The notes under the pieces: model-generated
What the model saw: the letters and a program-made list of their open reading frames with translations, nothing else
Told to the model about the DNA's origin: nothing
The model's database searches: none
Assembly: GCF_009914755.1 (NCBI RefSeq)
Contig: NC_060934.1
DNA length: 64,000 nucleotides
Direction: 5' to 3' (one strand)
Origin: the human T2T-CHM13v2.0 reference genome, Homo sapiens
Shown here: positions 29,455 to 44,400 of the stretch, piece by piece
Position numbering within the stretch: the first letter of the stretch is position 1
Layout: each line of letters begins with the position of its first letter
Translations under genes and position numbers: made by a program

Positions 29455-29974
29455 ATTGTCTACTCAAAGAGGATGAGAATTAAAAATGATAGCCAGGGTG
29501 ACCAAACATTTTGCAGTATAGTTGCTTTGCAGCATCTGACTTCATTAGTGCCAGGTAAGGGACAAATTATTACTTTTTTCCACTACCTTCCTAAATGATA
29601 AATGCATTCCTAGCAAGATTAACTTTTAACTATGCTTTGAAACATGAGTTTTCAGCTATTGTGATGCCATCATTACATTCTGAATGATAAAATTGCCAAG
29701 TTCAGAATGACAGCTGTAAAATAAATGGCATCATTTAATTAAGTTCTGAACTTTTGATGATATGCAGTTTAAAAAAAATGTATTTTCCAGGAAAACAGTT
29801 GGAAGTTTCGACTTTGTGGTTTACTTTTGGCTGTGTTTTATGGAAATCACATGAAAACTTCTGAGAAAAAGAGACAAATGATTCAAATTTTGCAAGTAAT
29901 AGAAAATTGGGTTCCATTTGTATAAAAGATTCCCTGAAATCATTCACTATCAGTTTAGCACACTCTGGTATTAG

Positions 29975-30406
<432 letters not shown>

Positions 30407-30512
30407 TAGGGGCAGATTTTCAGTTGAATTATTAACTGGAATTCATGTTCCTGTTCCCATTTCTCCAGTTCTACCGTCAGCCATTTTAGTGATAGTAAAC
30501 TCTTAATCTAGA

Positions 30513-30682
30513 GCACCATTCTTAACCCCAGGTACAGGTTTGTCTGAGGAACTTTTAAAAATTATTGATGCTTTAACTAGAGATTCTGATTTATTTGTTC
30601 TGAAAGTAAGGCCTTAGCATTAGTATTTTTTGGAAAAGCTCCTCAGGTGACATTACTCTGTAGCTAAGGTTGGGAACTACTG
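30513..30682. mobile_element. MER5 (hAT-Charlie)
   Basis: agagattctgatttatt...aagctcctcaggtgac...aaggttgggaactactg. Confidence 0.65.
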
Positions 30683-30759
30683 ATGTGCAGTATGGGTAGG
30701 TACAAAGAAAAGTTGTAAATTCTTGTTGGTCTCTACCTCTGATAAAAGGAAAGGAATTA

Positions 30760-31193
30760 CATTTTACTCTTGAACAACACAGTGGCGAGGGTTGCCAGCC
30801 CCCACCCCACTGTGCAGTCAAAAATTTGTGTATAATTTTCTCTCCCCAAAAGCTGAACTATTGATAGCCTAGTGTTGACCAGAAGCCTTACTGATAAAAT
30901 CGTTAATTAACATGCATTTTGTATGTTATATATATGGTATAACGTATTCTTACAATAATCTAGAGAAAATAAAATATTTTTAAGAAAATCGTAAGGAAGA
31001 GAAAATGCATTAATTATTCATTAAGTGGAAGTGGATCATCATAAAGGTCTTTATCCTCATCATATTCATGTTGAGTAGGCTGAGAAGGTAGAAAAAGAGG
31101 AGAGGTTGGTCTTGTCTCAGGGGTGGCAGAGGCAAAAGAAAATCTGTGGTAGACCCGTCACAGTTTAAACTCCTGTTGTTCAAGAGTCAACTG
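30760..31193. mobile_element. Tigger2a (MER28)-like DNA transposon
   Basis: Terminal inverted repeats cattttactcttgaacaaca / tgttgttcaagagtcaactg flanked by TA; internal cattaagtggaagtggatcatcataaaggtct. Confidence 0.85.
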
Positions 31194-32802
31194 TATATGT
31201 ATTTTGTGTATGTGTGTCAATTACTGATGGATTTAACTTTCTGTTCAGTTTCATTCTCTTAGAGGGTATACTGTGAGATACTAGTTCTGCACTATCTTAA
31301 TAAATATATGAAAAAAGTTCCATGGTAAGATAAGTTTGAGAAATACAGGCATTTACAGTTAAAAAATAGTTCTTTCCTATAAAACTGGTTGCAAACTTAA
31401 ATGTGCTGGTTATTTGCATTTTATGCATTTGTTACAGAAATATGTAATTTGTGGCACTTCCCAGTATTGTTTGATGAAATGATTTCTTTTTCTTGCTAGA
31501 AACTCCATTCTACAAAATTAAACAATCAGTGAATCAGTTGGAAATTCATTTTTTTCATTTACTGAGATCTGTGTTAGGAATGGATGTGATGTAGCTATAC
31601 AACAGAGGCTCTCTTGAAAAGTTCCTCAGTGAGCCTTATCAGAAGGGTGAGAGTGTAAATTATTCCAAGGTACACAATTCTTTTCTAAAAGACAACTGTT
31701 ACCTTTTTATATCCATGCTCAGAATTTCTCTGACAACTCACCATTGCCTTCCAGGTAAAATTAAATAAATATCCACCTTTGACATCAAATGTTTATTATA
31801 GTCTGATCCCTTCCTACTGATATAACTTTGTTTCCCATTGCCCCTCAACTCAAGCCTTTCTCTTGTCAACCAGTGGTATCCCCAAGCCCTGATCGTTCTT
31901 GACTCTAACAGCGATACATAAAAATATATCCCCAACTAGAACGTCTTTTTTTCCTCTTTGTCTCTGGCCCTCTCCATTAGTTATATATTTAAAAGTCCGT
32001 CATTTGGCATTTTCTGGACTAGCCCAGCCTGTGATGACAGTTCCCACTTCTTTATATGTTAAACTTACATATCTGTGGTCACTTTGTTTGGATTTTCTTA
32101 GAAAGTCAATTTTCTTGTTTTGTTCTCTTGTTATGAGTTGATACACTAATAGTCCAACTAGTTTCTGAATCTTGAATTGAGACACTCAAATGTTTTGGGA
32201 CCTAACACATTGTTCTGTGTATTTGGTGGGGTGAAGTAACTCTGTAGAATTGTGATGTTGTGGGACTGTATGGGACCTTAAAGATTTCCTAGTTTAGCAA
32301 GTGTACAAAGGAGGATAAGACCTAGCATTTTTAAGTGATTTATCTGAGTCATATGACTAGCCATTTGTTGAATCTGGGGAGAAAACCCAATTCAACACTG
32401 TTTATTACACTGACAATTCGTAACTTTAAAAAATCTGTGCTCTTTCAAGAGAAATTAAATTTCGTATTTGTCTTTCTTAATGGGAAAACACAGTAAATTA
32501 AATATTATTAAAGCAATAAGAGGTAGTGCTATCTTGTCCCATCCTCCTGCCTCCCCACCTCCTCCCCAACACACAAAAAGATCCTATGGGTGTTCTTAAG
32601 GAGCTGTTGTCTGAGATAGGGCCTAGGAAGTAGGTTTTTAAAACTTGGGTGATCCAGAGCCGATGATGATATGCATTCTTCCATACACATCATTGTCTCC
32701 TCCTCCTCCTCCTCCTCCTCCCTTTTTTCCTTCCCCAATTCATGCCAGGCTGTCATTTTGAATCAATAAGTGAATGTAACAAATAAGAGATGTTAATACT
32801 AT

Positions 32803-33015
32803 GAAGAATACTGAACTAGGAGCCATGAGTTCTGGCTTTGAATTCCAGTACAGTCACCAGCTGTGAAATCTTGGGCAAGTCATTTGACAACTGAGCTTCA
32901 GTTCTCCTGCTTAGAAAATGGGGATAATTCCTCATAGAATTGATGTTAAAATTGGTTGAAATATGCACTCAAAAGTGCTTTATAAACAGTAAAGCATTGA
33001 GCAAATGCGAGAGAT
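32803..33015 (+). mobile_element. MIR
   Basis: gctgtgaaatcttgggcaagtcatt...ctgagcttcagtt...aaaatggggataat...aaagtgcttt. Confidence 0.75.
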
Positions 33016-35049
33016 GATTTGATTCTTTAGAGAAGACCCTTTCATTCTAGTGTTTGCATCCTCTGGCTGGGGGGAAGGCTGTGTGGCTGATGTAGGATGA
33101 GGCACCTTCCATATCTTTAGTTGCTTGAAAAAAACCACACACAGTTCTATAATATTTTTGGCAATTTGTCTCAGTTTAAAGCTGTGATCGTAACTTTTAT
33201 TTGGGGATACTACTTTCTTGATTCTTATATGGGGAAAAATTCCATTTGTTGGTTTCCTTTTATTTAAATATGTTTATGTATTTTGCATTTTAGAATAAAA
33301 ACATTTCCTTCTCGAGTGAAGATTTTTTTTCTTTTCTTTTGAGGTGGTGGTTAAGTTCTCATGTAATAGGATAGTTGGTTGCTATTAGAAATATGTTTTT
33401 TCCTTTGTTATGAAATGGAAAATTGTCAGAAACTGATAGGCTGTGGTTAGATGAGGTTTGCTACCAATAAAGAATTATCAGGGTAAACTGAACTTTCATT
33501 TAGGATGCAAAAATATTTGTTTTGCTTGGCAGCATGGCATAAAAAGAAAATCCAAGAAACTTCTTGTTTCAGGAGCTGCCAGTTCTCTCTGTGGCTCAAA
33601 GAACGTTTCGTGTCTCAGCCACAAGAATTTGCCGCTGGTTCTGATGTTCATTGTCTTCCCTCCTCACGCACGCTTTGCTTTCAGCTTTTGGCTTTACAGC
33701 CCTTTGCTATGAGATGATGAAAGTCCTTCCAGGGCTACTCATTAACTTTCCCTTCTACATCTTACTGGTATGAATAGTGGGAGCCTTTCATCTTTATTGT
33801 TATGAAAGCTTTTATAGAATATTGAATGCAGGGCACTGTGTTAGAGCTCTGTAAAACATGATAACATAGTAGATTCTGTCAGTTATTGGCTGTGAGTAGA
33901 GGTAGTTTGTTGAGGATCAGTATAGGTACCAGTGGCATAACTTATAAATTGGGACAGGCATGGTGGACCAGAGGGGATCTAGTAACTAAGCACTGTGATA
34001 GCCAGGGGAATCACTTAAACAGGACCAGTAAGGTACAGAAGGCCTGGGAATTTGGGGGAGGTATGCGAACAGGAAGATAAAGGGACTGATATTAGGAAAT
34101 TAGAAGGAAGAATCTTGGATGTAGGATGTAGTGGAATGAAGTGGATTTTAAAGTTTCTAATACTAAATGACAGACATAGTAACATCTAGCAGGAGGGCTG
34201 TTTTGGAGGAAAAAAAGAATGTAATTTTAACTAATACGATGACTTTTAAGTCTAGGTGGTAAGGTTTAGAGTAACAGAGCAGGGCTGGAAATAGTGACTT
34301 ATTAGGAATTAACTTGCATTCCAGAAATTGAGGGTTCATGTAGAATTGCCTGTAAGCCAGGAGTTTTCTTATTCATCTCTTTAATGTTATAGAAAATAAC
34401 ATCTGTACTTTATGGTAAGTAATTACAGAGTTAAAAAAAAAGGCCATTTGAAAAAAACAGCTTAAAAATGTCAAATAGGAAATGTGGGGATAAGTGTATT
34501 CTTTTCAAAATGTGGTTCTGAATTGGACTAACTCAAGCTGCAGTTAAAGGAAAAAAGGCTCGTTTATTTGACTCTTGCCTTCTTTGCTTTCTCCCTGTCT
34601 CAGGCTCCTTTCCCCAACGCCTCTCCCCTTTTTGGTCTCAGTGCTTCTGAAATGTAGACACTGGTCTACACATGGGTCACCCAGAGTTCACAGACTTGAA
34701 AGTCCTCTTATTCCCAAGAGCTGTGTGTGCCTCATCAGCCTTCTCTGGGTTTTGTGGCAGGGGGTGATGAGAAAGGATGCCCAGAGGCTACTTGTACCAA
34801 TAAGAGCCACCGCTTGTTGTGAAAAGAGCACCAATGAGGAGAAAGCAGGCAGAGATAGTCCCGGCACTGGGTATCTCTTCAAGGCCTCTGGTTCCGTTAT
34901 TCGTCAAAGGAGGGGTAGAACTAAGCATATGGTCTCTAAAGCTTTGAAATTCTTTTTTTTCTTTTCTTTTCTTTTTTCTCTTCTCTTTTTTCTTTTCTTT
35001 TCCTTTTTCTTCCCTCCCTCCCTCCCTCGTTTGCTTTCATCTTTTTCTT

Positions 35050-35290
35050 TCTTGCAGTTGACAAATAAAAATTGTATATATTTATGGTGTACATATTTCA
35101 TTGTATATATGTACATTGTGGAATAGCTAAATCAAGCTAATTAACGTATGCATTACTTCATATAATTATCTTTTTTGTGGTAAGAACACCTAAAATCTAC
35201 TCAGCAATTTTCAAGTATAAAATACATTGTTATTAACTAGTCACCATGTTGTATAATAGATCTCTGAATTATTCCTCCTAACTGAAAATT
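35050..35290 (-). mobile_element. L1MA (L1MA8/9-like) 3' end; tail degenerated into CT-rich tract 34950-35050
   Basis: ttgacaaataaaaattgtatatatttatggtgtaca...gctaaatcaagctaattaac...aaaatctactcagcaattttcaagtat. Confidence 0.8.
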
Positions 35291-35481
35291 TTTTTAGTGT
35301 GCAGAAGATCCATATCTATACCCTAAGTGTTCCCAATAAATCAAAATAGTGTCCAAGAAGCAGCTCACAGAGCATATTTGTTTTCAATGTGAGATTTATG
35401 TAGCACTTTTATATTTGCCAAAGCTTTTATTTTCCTAAATTCCCCAGTGAAGTAGGGCAACAAGAAGATCATCAGTGGTGA

Positions 35482-36027
<546 letters not shown>

Positions 36028-36706
36028 CTGCCATTGAAATTAATCCAGTGTAATCTTCTCAAATGCAGTGTAGTATTGAGAAATGGGGTCCAGTGCAACA
36101 AAGAGTTTATGATTTTCCCTGAGCCTCATCCCTAAGATCTTGTTAACCAAATTTTGGACAGAAATGGTAATTTTTCAGTAAGCATAAGATAACATTACTT
36201 TTTATTCTTTTTTTTCTGATGGGAGTACTGATCAGTAAATTAAGCAATATAAGCTTCTTAGAAAAGATTGGGTTGGAAAAAGAATTGAATCCACACTGTA
36301 GTTTTGTTCTGGATTTACATTATATGCCCTGCCTGTGTTTACTGACAACATTCCTCGAGCATTTTATTTGCTATTTGGATATAAAAAGGTGTCAGTTGTA
36401 TAGGAAGAAACCAAAGTTATAATAGAGTGTTTGTACCAAAATGTTTACCTATAAACAGGTAGGGCTGTCATGAAATGCAATAACTAATCCTTATCCATAC
36501 TGAAGAAAGCTGCATTGTGGCTTTTTTACATGCAAAGTCTTAAGGTGTTATAACTTAAGTTAGATTTTAAATAAATTATGGACTGCCCTTCTTCCCTTTG
36601 TGACCTCTTAAATCTCTGAGACCAAAAATATTTACATATGCAGCTTATAGACATTTGTTAAACCCTAAGATGGTTATTGCAGCCATGGGATACTCAATTA
36701 ACTGTG

Positions 36707-36910
36707 CATTTACTCACCAAAAATTGTTTTTGAGCCTACTAGTGTGTGGCAGGTACTGAGTTGGGCCTTTGGAATACAGTGGTGAGCAGTTATGACATGG
36801 ATTCTGCCATTATGGAGCAAACATAAATTTCACTGAAGAATGCAGACAAAGTATAGAGAAATGAGTAGATAGAATAATTACTGATTATAATGTATCTACG
36901 AAAGAAACAA
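36707..36910 (-). mobile_element. L2 3' end
   Basis: catttactcaccaaaaattgtttttgagcctactagtgtgtggcaggtactg...ggaatacagtggtgagc. Confidence 0.65.
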
Positions 36911-37854
36911 CTTGGAAGGGACCTATTACATGGTGAACACATCAAGTAAAAAGCTCTTCAATTTTTAAACAAAATAATTTTGAGGGACAGCTAAATTTTC
37001 ATCACTTGCTTTGGATAGATAAAAAGCTTTCTTAAGTGTCTATTTCAACTTTCAAAAGCAGTTCTTTGCTTTTCCACTTAGAAAAACACATTTAAAAATT
37101 CTTGCCCATTGAGGATATAATTGTATTTTCTTTCAATTGTCTTTATTGGAATTCTTTTACAATTCTTCCAAAACAATAATACATTCCTTAGAGCTGAGCC
37201 TCAGCAGGAAACATGAAGCATCTCATTTGATGTATTATTCCATTACCTATGATGTCAAGGCAGTTGGTAAATAATTTCTTTTTATAGAGCAACCACAGGG
37301 GTTGCTAACAGTGCGATCCCCAGGAAATGATTTTGGGAAGCTCTATCATGCGATGGCTGCTATTCATTATCTACTCTGTGTTGGACAGGCTCGGGGTTTT
37401 GTTTGCCTTTTAAATCAGGGCAACACTTGCATTGTGGTTTTGCCGTCGTGCCCTTGCTTCATGTTGGAATTTTTCTAGGACTTATTGCAGATTCAGAGGC
37501 AGATGTTTGTCTTCCTGAGGTTAGGAGATGATTTGGCGCCATCTAGGTTGACTTCTTTTTTTTCTTTCCTTTTTTTTTTTGCTTTCCTGGAACAAACACT
37601 GTTACCAAATACATTTCAAGCAATGAAAATAGCTCAGTAGAAATGGTATGGTGGTGCCTTCATACCCTTGGCTATTCGAGTATTGACTAGTCTTAGAGAG
37701 ATTAATCATTTGTAATTTTAAGTTCTAATAATACAGCGAAGGTTATCATTTGTATTTTAGGAAACTTTATAGCCTCTGTACTTTGTAATGGAGAATGAGT
37801 TGGCTGTGGGGTTAACAATGTGGTTATATAGATAAAACCTCTTTTGAGAGATTC

Positions 37855-38030
37855 TTTTTTCAAGAAATTGTGGTAAAACACACATAAAAGTTACCATTTT
37901 AACCATTTTTAAGTATACAGTCTAGTGGTGTTAGCATTGTTGGGATTCACATTGTGTTAGGAATTCACATTGTGATTCACATTGTGTTGGAATGTGAATC
38001 ACAGCAGTATGAATGTACCTAACGTTGCTA
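37855..38030 (-). mobile_element. L1MB 3' end fragment with fold-back rearrangement
   Basis: attgtggtaaaacacacataaaagttaccattttaaccatttttaagtatacagt followed by repeated and inverted attcacattgtg units. Confidence 0.65.
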
Positions 38031-38764
38031 TTTTGACGTCTAAATGGCCACATGTTTTCAGAGAAAATAATTTAACACTGAAACATAGTTACAAAATATC
38101 TTGCAGGGAAGACACAATTTGAAATTGTAATAGCAGTGCTGCAAGTTTATAGTAAAACTGGAATAGCCAGGTCTCTTCAAGGCCAGCTTTGCACATTTAA
38201 GTGAATAGTAAATAGTTACTCTAAAGCTGGCATTTAGAATTATTAATTAATTGGTAAGTGCTGAATACCTGGAAAATAGCCCAGGGAAGTATCTGCATTT
38301 TGTGAGGTGTGAGTTAGGCTCTGCACTTTCGGGGTGAATGAAAATGAACAGCAGCTACTCATGGTGGCTTCTTATTCCTGAGTTCCGAAAGAGGCTGGGG
38401 GTGTTTTCATGTACTGAGTACTGTCATTATGTAGATCTTAGCTTGTCTTCCCTGAAATGTTTATTAAATCTCTATGTGTTGTGTTCCAGGGTGTGGAAGA
38501 GTGACTTTGGTTGGTTAGAGGAAGAGGTCAGAATGATGAGTTCTAGGTTGGCATTATTCCTGGAATGTCATGGAACTTTTCCTGTAATGAGTTCCTGGTG
38601 ACTTGAGAACATTTGCAAAACCGTGCCCTCAACGTCTAGCTGTGCAGTCATCCTTTCTGTTCCACTCAGCCAGTGGTCTCCCAGGAAAGTGTGGTTGACT
38701 GTACAACCCATCATTCTATTGCACCAGTCACCAAAAACACATATGCTCCTGACAATATGAACCA

Positions 38765-39072
38765 TTTATTATTATTATTATTATTATTATTGAGGCAGGA
38801 TCTTGCTCTGCCACCCAGGTTGGAGTGCAGTGATGTGATCACGGCTTACTGCAGTCTTGACCTCCTGGGCTTAGGCAATTCTCCCCACTCAGCCTCCTGA
38901 GTAGCTGGGACTACATATGTGTGCAACCATGCTCGGCTAATTTTTTTTACTATTTTTGTAGAGATGGGGTCTTTGTTGCCCAGGCCAGTCGCAAACTCCT
39001 TGGCTCAAGCAATCCTCCTGCCTCGGCCTCCCAAAGTGCTAGGATTACAGGCATGAGCCACTGCATCTGGCC
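38765..39072 (-). mobile_element. AluJ with (TTA)n tail
   Basis: gatcacggcttactgcagtcttgacctcctgggct; tttttgtagagatggggtct. Confidence 0.9.
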
Positions 39073-40269
39073 CTGTCTTTATTATTCTTGTAAACTTAAT
39101 GTCTGCAAGGTGTTATTTACCAAAGAGGTTTGTAAACCAGATGTCTCTTCTCTTGAACACTAATGAATAAAATCTTGTATTTTTTGGCTTTCTCAGCTAA
39201 TCATTACTTAAACCTTCAGCTTAAAAACTGGGGAATTGAAATCCCTGTGGCTGGCTAGTCCTCTGAAGGCTTTGTGATGATGTCACTCTCAGATCGGGAC
39301 AGAAGCATTCAAGAGAGGGATAATACTCTTGCTTATGTGACAGCTGTATGTGTCCAAGAGCATTTGGCTACATTCAGTGATTTGATGGCCTTGTTCTGAT
39401 TACAGAGCTCTTTGCTATCTTCTTCCTTTGCATTGAATTTTGTCAAATTTCTCAGGTATTCTCTGAAGAAAGTTCCTCTTTAGTTGTCAATCACCACCTG
39501 TCCATCAGAGAAATCTTTTAGCTACCTCTAAATGTGAGCTTGGCTGGGCTAGGTTGAATGATAGAATTCTTGTATTTTTAGAGTGAATTCTGAATAGCAG
39601 AATGGTCAGGACTTACAGTACATTATTTTATCCTTTGTTCCAAAAAGGGGTTTGAAGTGGCTTAACAATTTACATTTAGTAACACAGACTGAAAAATAAA
39701 TAGAAGAGGAAATTGTTGTGAAGGGAAAATAAGTGTTGGAAAATAATTTGAGAGGAGGAACAATAAGATTTGTACACAACACACACCAACAGGATCTGAG
39801 CTTCCTCCATGGCCACAGCAGAAAAGGAAGCCTGACCATTTAGGAGAACCACAAGGTCCATGAGATTAAAAATAAATTAGTGGCTCTGGAAGATCACAGG
39901 CTTTATTGCTACAGGAACCTTGGAGGAGCTTCTGTTAATTACCTAATGAGACACTGCAGTGTGTGTCTGGCAGAATATGTCCTCAACAGCACCTACCCTG
40001 CTGAAATATGGTTGTTTCCTGTTATGTGTCAGTATAGGAAATAATATAGTTTGCTTTCTATTGTGTGCTAATATGACTTAAATCAGTTCTAAAAAAGTTA
40101 GAAATTTTTTTGGAATATCTACGATGAGATATATACCTGTCAGTCCTCCATGAATTTCTCCCAGCTGAGTTAGATAAGGTGGTTATCTGGCCTTTAGAAT
40201 ATTATTATTGCTAATAATTATTACAGTAGCACCAGTTACAACACATAGCTACTCTTTCCCAAGTACCTA

Positions 40270-40400
40270 TAATGTTTTAAGCATCATACTAGGGCACTTG
40301 CTACAGAAGAGATCTCTCAATTCTCAAGGAAACCGCGTGGCTTTATTCTTATTTTAGAGAAAGAAAATTGGCTCAAAGACTTTGACTGACTTGGCCAGGT
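40270..40400 (-). mobile_element. MIR fragment
   Basis: ttattcttattttagagaaagaaaattggctcaaaga...tgacttggccaggtt. Confidence 0.5.
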
Positions 40401-41196
40401 TTGCCTGGCTACCACTCCCTGTGTGCCTGGCCCCGATTCTTCTACCTGAGACCCAGAAGTTGTGTAAGGAAGACAGTTTAGCTCTTTTGAGTCAACTCCC
40501 TAAAACAATCGATCCTTTTCTCCTGTTAGTCTGTGCAGCACAGAAACAGAACTCCACCCGTCCCCGTGCCTGGGAAGTCTCTGGTTTTTGTTTAAGGCAT
40601 GTATATCCTATACGTGCCTTGTGGCAATTCCACAGCTGGCTCCCTTTAGGCTCCATGGAATTGTACATCTAGGGCCACGTTAGAGTGATCGAAAAAACTA
40701 GATAAGGATAAGTATTTTCTTGTTTTAACTTTTTAAATGTTCTTAAGCTTCGAAAATTGAATTGAATTTAATTTGGCCAACGTTGTCAGGAAGGGCAAGC
40801 TTATAAAAAGAAAAAAATAACCTTTCATGTAAAGTTATTTGAAATCTCATAATATTTCTACTGTGCCTTTTTGATTAAAAATTTAAGTTAAAAGCAGTGA
40901 TAGATTTTGCCCATCATTTTGATTTTTTAAGTTTATGTTCAAAAGTATGCCTATATATATTTTAAGTCAGAGCTGGGGTTACTTTTAAATACCGGTTCTT
41001 AATAACAATAAAAGGTCATCAAATAGTATTATGTTCACATTCTAAAAGGTTTAGTCTGTGTCTAAACAAAAAAAATTTTCTTTATATGGACAGAAAGAAC
41101 TCCCCGCCCCACCAATACACACCCTCTTTCTTACACTTTGTAGTACCCTAGGTCAAAGTAGGGAAGCTCATGATATGTTTTAAAGAGGGAAAAGGT

Positions 41197-41496
41197 GGCC
41201 AGGCGCGGTGGCTCACGCCTGTAATCCCAGCACTTTGGGAGACCGAGGTGGGTGGATCACGAGGTCAGGAGATCGAGACCATCCTGACTAACTCGGTGAA
41301 ACTTTGTCTCTATTAAAAATACAAAAAATTAGCTGGGTGTGGTGGTGGGCGCCTGTAGTCCCAGCTACTCGGGAGGCTGAGGCAGGAGAATGGTGAACCC
41401 GGGAGGCGGAGCTTGCAGTGAGCCGAGATTGCGCCACTGCGCTCCAGCCTGGGCGACAGAGCGAGACTCCATCTCAAAAAAAAAAAAAAAAAAAAA
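41197..41496 (+). mobile_element. AluY
   Basis: AluY diagnostics, A24 tail, perfect 15-bp TSD aaagagggaaaaggt at 41182-41196 and 41497-41511. Confidence 0.95.
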
Positions 41497-44400
41497 AAAG
41501 AGGGAAAAGGTATGCAATTAGAACCAGATTGGCATTTTGGCAGGTATTTATTTTTCCAGGATGAACGTGCTTTCAAAAATTGCCAGTAGTTGCTAGGCAG
41601 ACTTCAACAAACACAAAAGACATTTCCCAAGCATCTAACCTGGCTGGTTTCTCCATTTATATTTTGTGATCCTGGCTCGCAGTGTAGTAAACCCTATTAC
41701 TATTTGAACTCGAAATACAGAATACTTCTGCCAGCAGTCCCATTGGCATTTTGCGGCAGTCATGAAGTTAAATTTTCTTCGCCAGGAGGCCAGTTGACTA
41801 ACTTTAAACGAAGGCACATTGTCCAAGATTGTGGGCAGATCATTTGAACTGCCTTGAAGTTGAATAGAAACTATATAAAGAAAACAACTCCATCTTGCCA
41901 GAAGCAGTTGCCTTTTTATTTGGTGTTCTCCTTTCTGATCACTGAATTTTCCTGCTGAGTTTATGCTTATTGTATCTTTCTCTTTCCTCTGGCAAATGAA
42001 CAGAACCCTCACATACGCAGTTATGGTCAGTCCTTTACTTAAATAACTTTGCTGGATGAATTTGGAACAATGCCAGAGAAACTGAAGAAACACTTGTTTT
42101 TCTGGAATAGCAATTAGATTTGCAATGCTTTTTTTTTTTTTTCCTGAAGAACTGTTTAACCATAGATCTGTCCATTTCCTTATTTTTTGTTTGTTCATTC
42201 GTTTTTGTTTTCCACTACTTGTCCAGGCCAGCTTTTCCTAAGAATAGTATTATGCCATTTACTAATAGATGGGAAATGCAGACTAATTTTGAAGGCTAAC
42301 AGTTTAAAAGTCAGCATCTTTTAAATGCGTTGATCATATTGGGGCAAAGTGCTAATAAATATAATTTTCCTTCCACATAGAGTAAGCATGCACAGCTGGG
42401 ATAAGATTGCAAAATATTTATCCTGACTTGTAGTGGTAGTAAATGACCTATTTGTTTGGGCTAAAAGTCTCCATAATATAGTAACAGTTTTACCATATTT
42501 TCTAGTAAGTTATGACTATCATATATTCTTTAAAAAAGGTTTTAGGGTCTTGCAGGCTGTCTGCATTGTATTTGGATATTCATTACCTAAAAATGAGGGT
42601 ATGGATTTCCTTCTGCATGTATAACCTCTTATTACTATTAACCCTTTATATTTAGTCTCATGTGTCTGGAACATTTTGATTGAGACTAGCATGATATCTC
42701 TGTGCCTCCTGTATAGAACTTCTTAGGAAACTCATAGCCGAAATGACGGGAGAAACAATTTTATTTTAGGCCATGGAGATTCTTGTGAAAAATGTTAACA
42801 AGTAGGTAGTGCTGTAGTTGGGAGATATATGTTCTTTCTTTCTTGCCTGTTCCTGATTTTTTTTTAAATTAAATACTACAGTCAATTTTAGGGGGTTGAC
42901 ATGCTAGTTTTAAATACAACAGAAGGTATTTCTTTTCGTAGGTTAATATTCTATTTGGAAACATAGCCTTTTTCCTTCTTTCTCTCTTTCTTTCCTTTCT
43001 GTTTTTAAGTAAAAATGGTATATACTTATAGAAAGAAAAAAATTACAGAAAAATCCACAGCAGGAAGTAAAGAACAGCCAAATTCTCTCCCCAAAGATAC
43101 TGTTATACATTTTGGAAGCATCTTTCTAATCATCTTCCTATGGTAGATATACCTGCATATACCACTTTAATTTAATTGTCATTTACTCTGTAAACTAGTC
43201 TGTATTCTGTTTTTTTCTAACCATCAACTTTTCTTGTTCGTAAATACAGATTTACAAAATCCTTTTTAGTTATAGTCTCACATCAAAAAATATCATTGTT
43301 TTATTTAGTAAGAAAAGTAGCATTAAACATTCACTATTTGCCTATAGTAACTATTGAAAACAGAATATTCCAAATTTCTACTGTAAGAAATTTAGTTCAT
43401 AAAACATTGAAAGTGTATTATTTTAGGAAAGAGCATGAATGTCAAAATAACTTCGCTGCTTTGGAGAACCAAAAATCTTTGGCCTTTAGCTTATTTCAGA
43501 AATTTGGAAGAACTTAAAGATAATTCATGAGTTTCGGAAGCATTTTAATACCATAAAATGCTACTTATCTGGAATCCAGAGAAATGAATCATAGTGGTTA
43601 CAGTATCAAAGAGTGAGTGATTTTTTTCCCCAAGGTGATTTTTCCACACTCCTAAAAACCATCATCTTCACGATAACCTGTGTCTTTTCACTTGTCAGCA
43701 CATTGAAATATAAGACTTTTCCAAATCCCAGAACCCTCTTTGGCTGCTCATAGCTACTTTTCAATCTTTTTGATGGGGTTTAAAGAGCTACCCTGCACCA
43801 TTGCAAGAATGTGTGCTTAAGGGATTTGAAGAGGGCTTTCTCAGAAAAAAAAAAAAATGTGTATAATCACGTAAAGGAAGCATGGCTCTGCAAACATGAA
43901 ACTAGCTGAAGTTTTCTCCAGCTTCCTTCAGTGTTTAGCTGTGACCAGAATTACAGAGAAAGTTGATAAGCATGGTCCATCATCTACTGATTTTGTAAGT
44001 GTTGTAAACTGTTGGAGAATACACTGCATTAGTAATGCATTTTCCAGAAACCACATATTTTTTTCTACCTTTATGACATGCTAAGTTATTGTCTTAACTT
44101 GATCTGGTGGTTTCTTGCCTTACTTTAATTAGAAAAGATTTTCGGAAATACACATGACACAATCAACTGCATTTAAAAAAAAATGCTTTGCTTTTCTAGT
44201 AGGCCATTAGGCATAAGTAAGGGCAGTGTCTGCTCTTTTGACCAAGACTGTCTCCTCCGGTAGAGCATGGCTGAAGCCGTCTGCTTTAGGAGGGTGTAGT
44301 GTTTTGCAGCTGTAGATGCTGTTATATATAAAAATATTTTCACAACTGCCCTCTTTGAACTGTGTTCTCATATGTAACAGATTGTACACAACTCAGTGCT

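Noticed and set aside
34575-35126. 183-aa ORF with a hydrophobic C-terminus
   Set aside because: The F/S/L-rich part is a CT-rich tract running into an antisense L1MA end.
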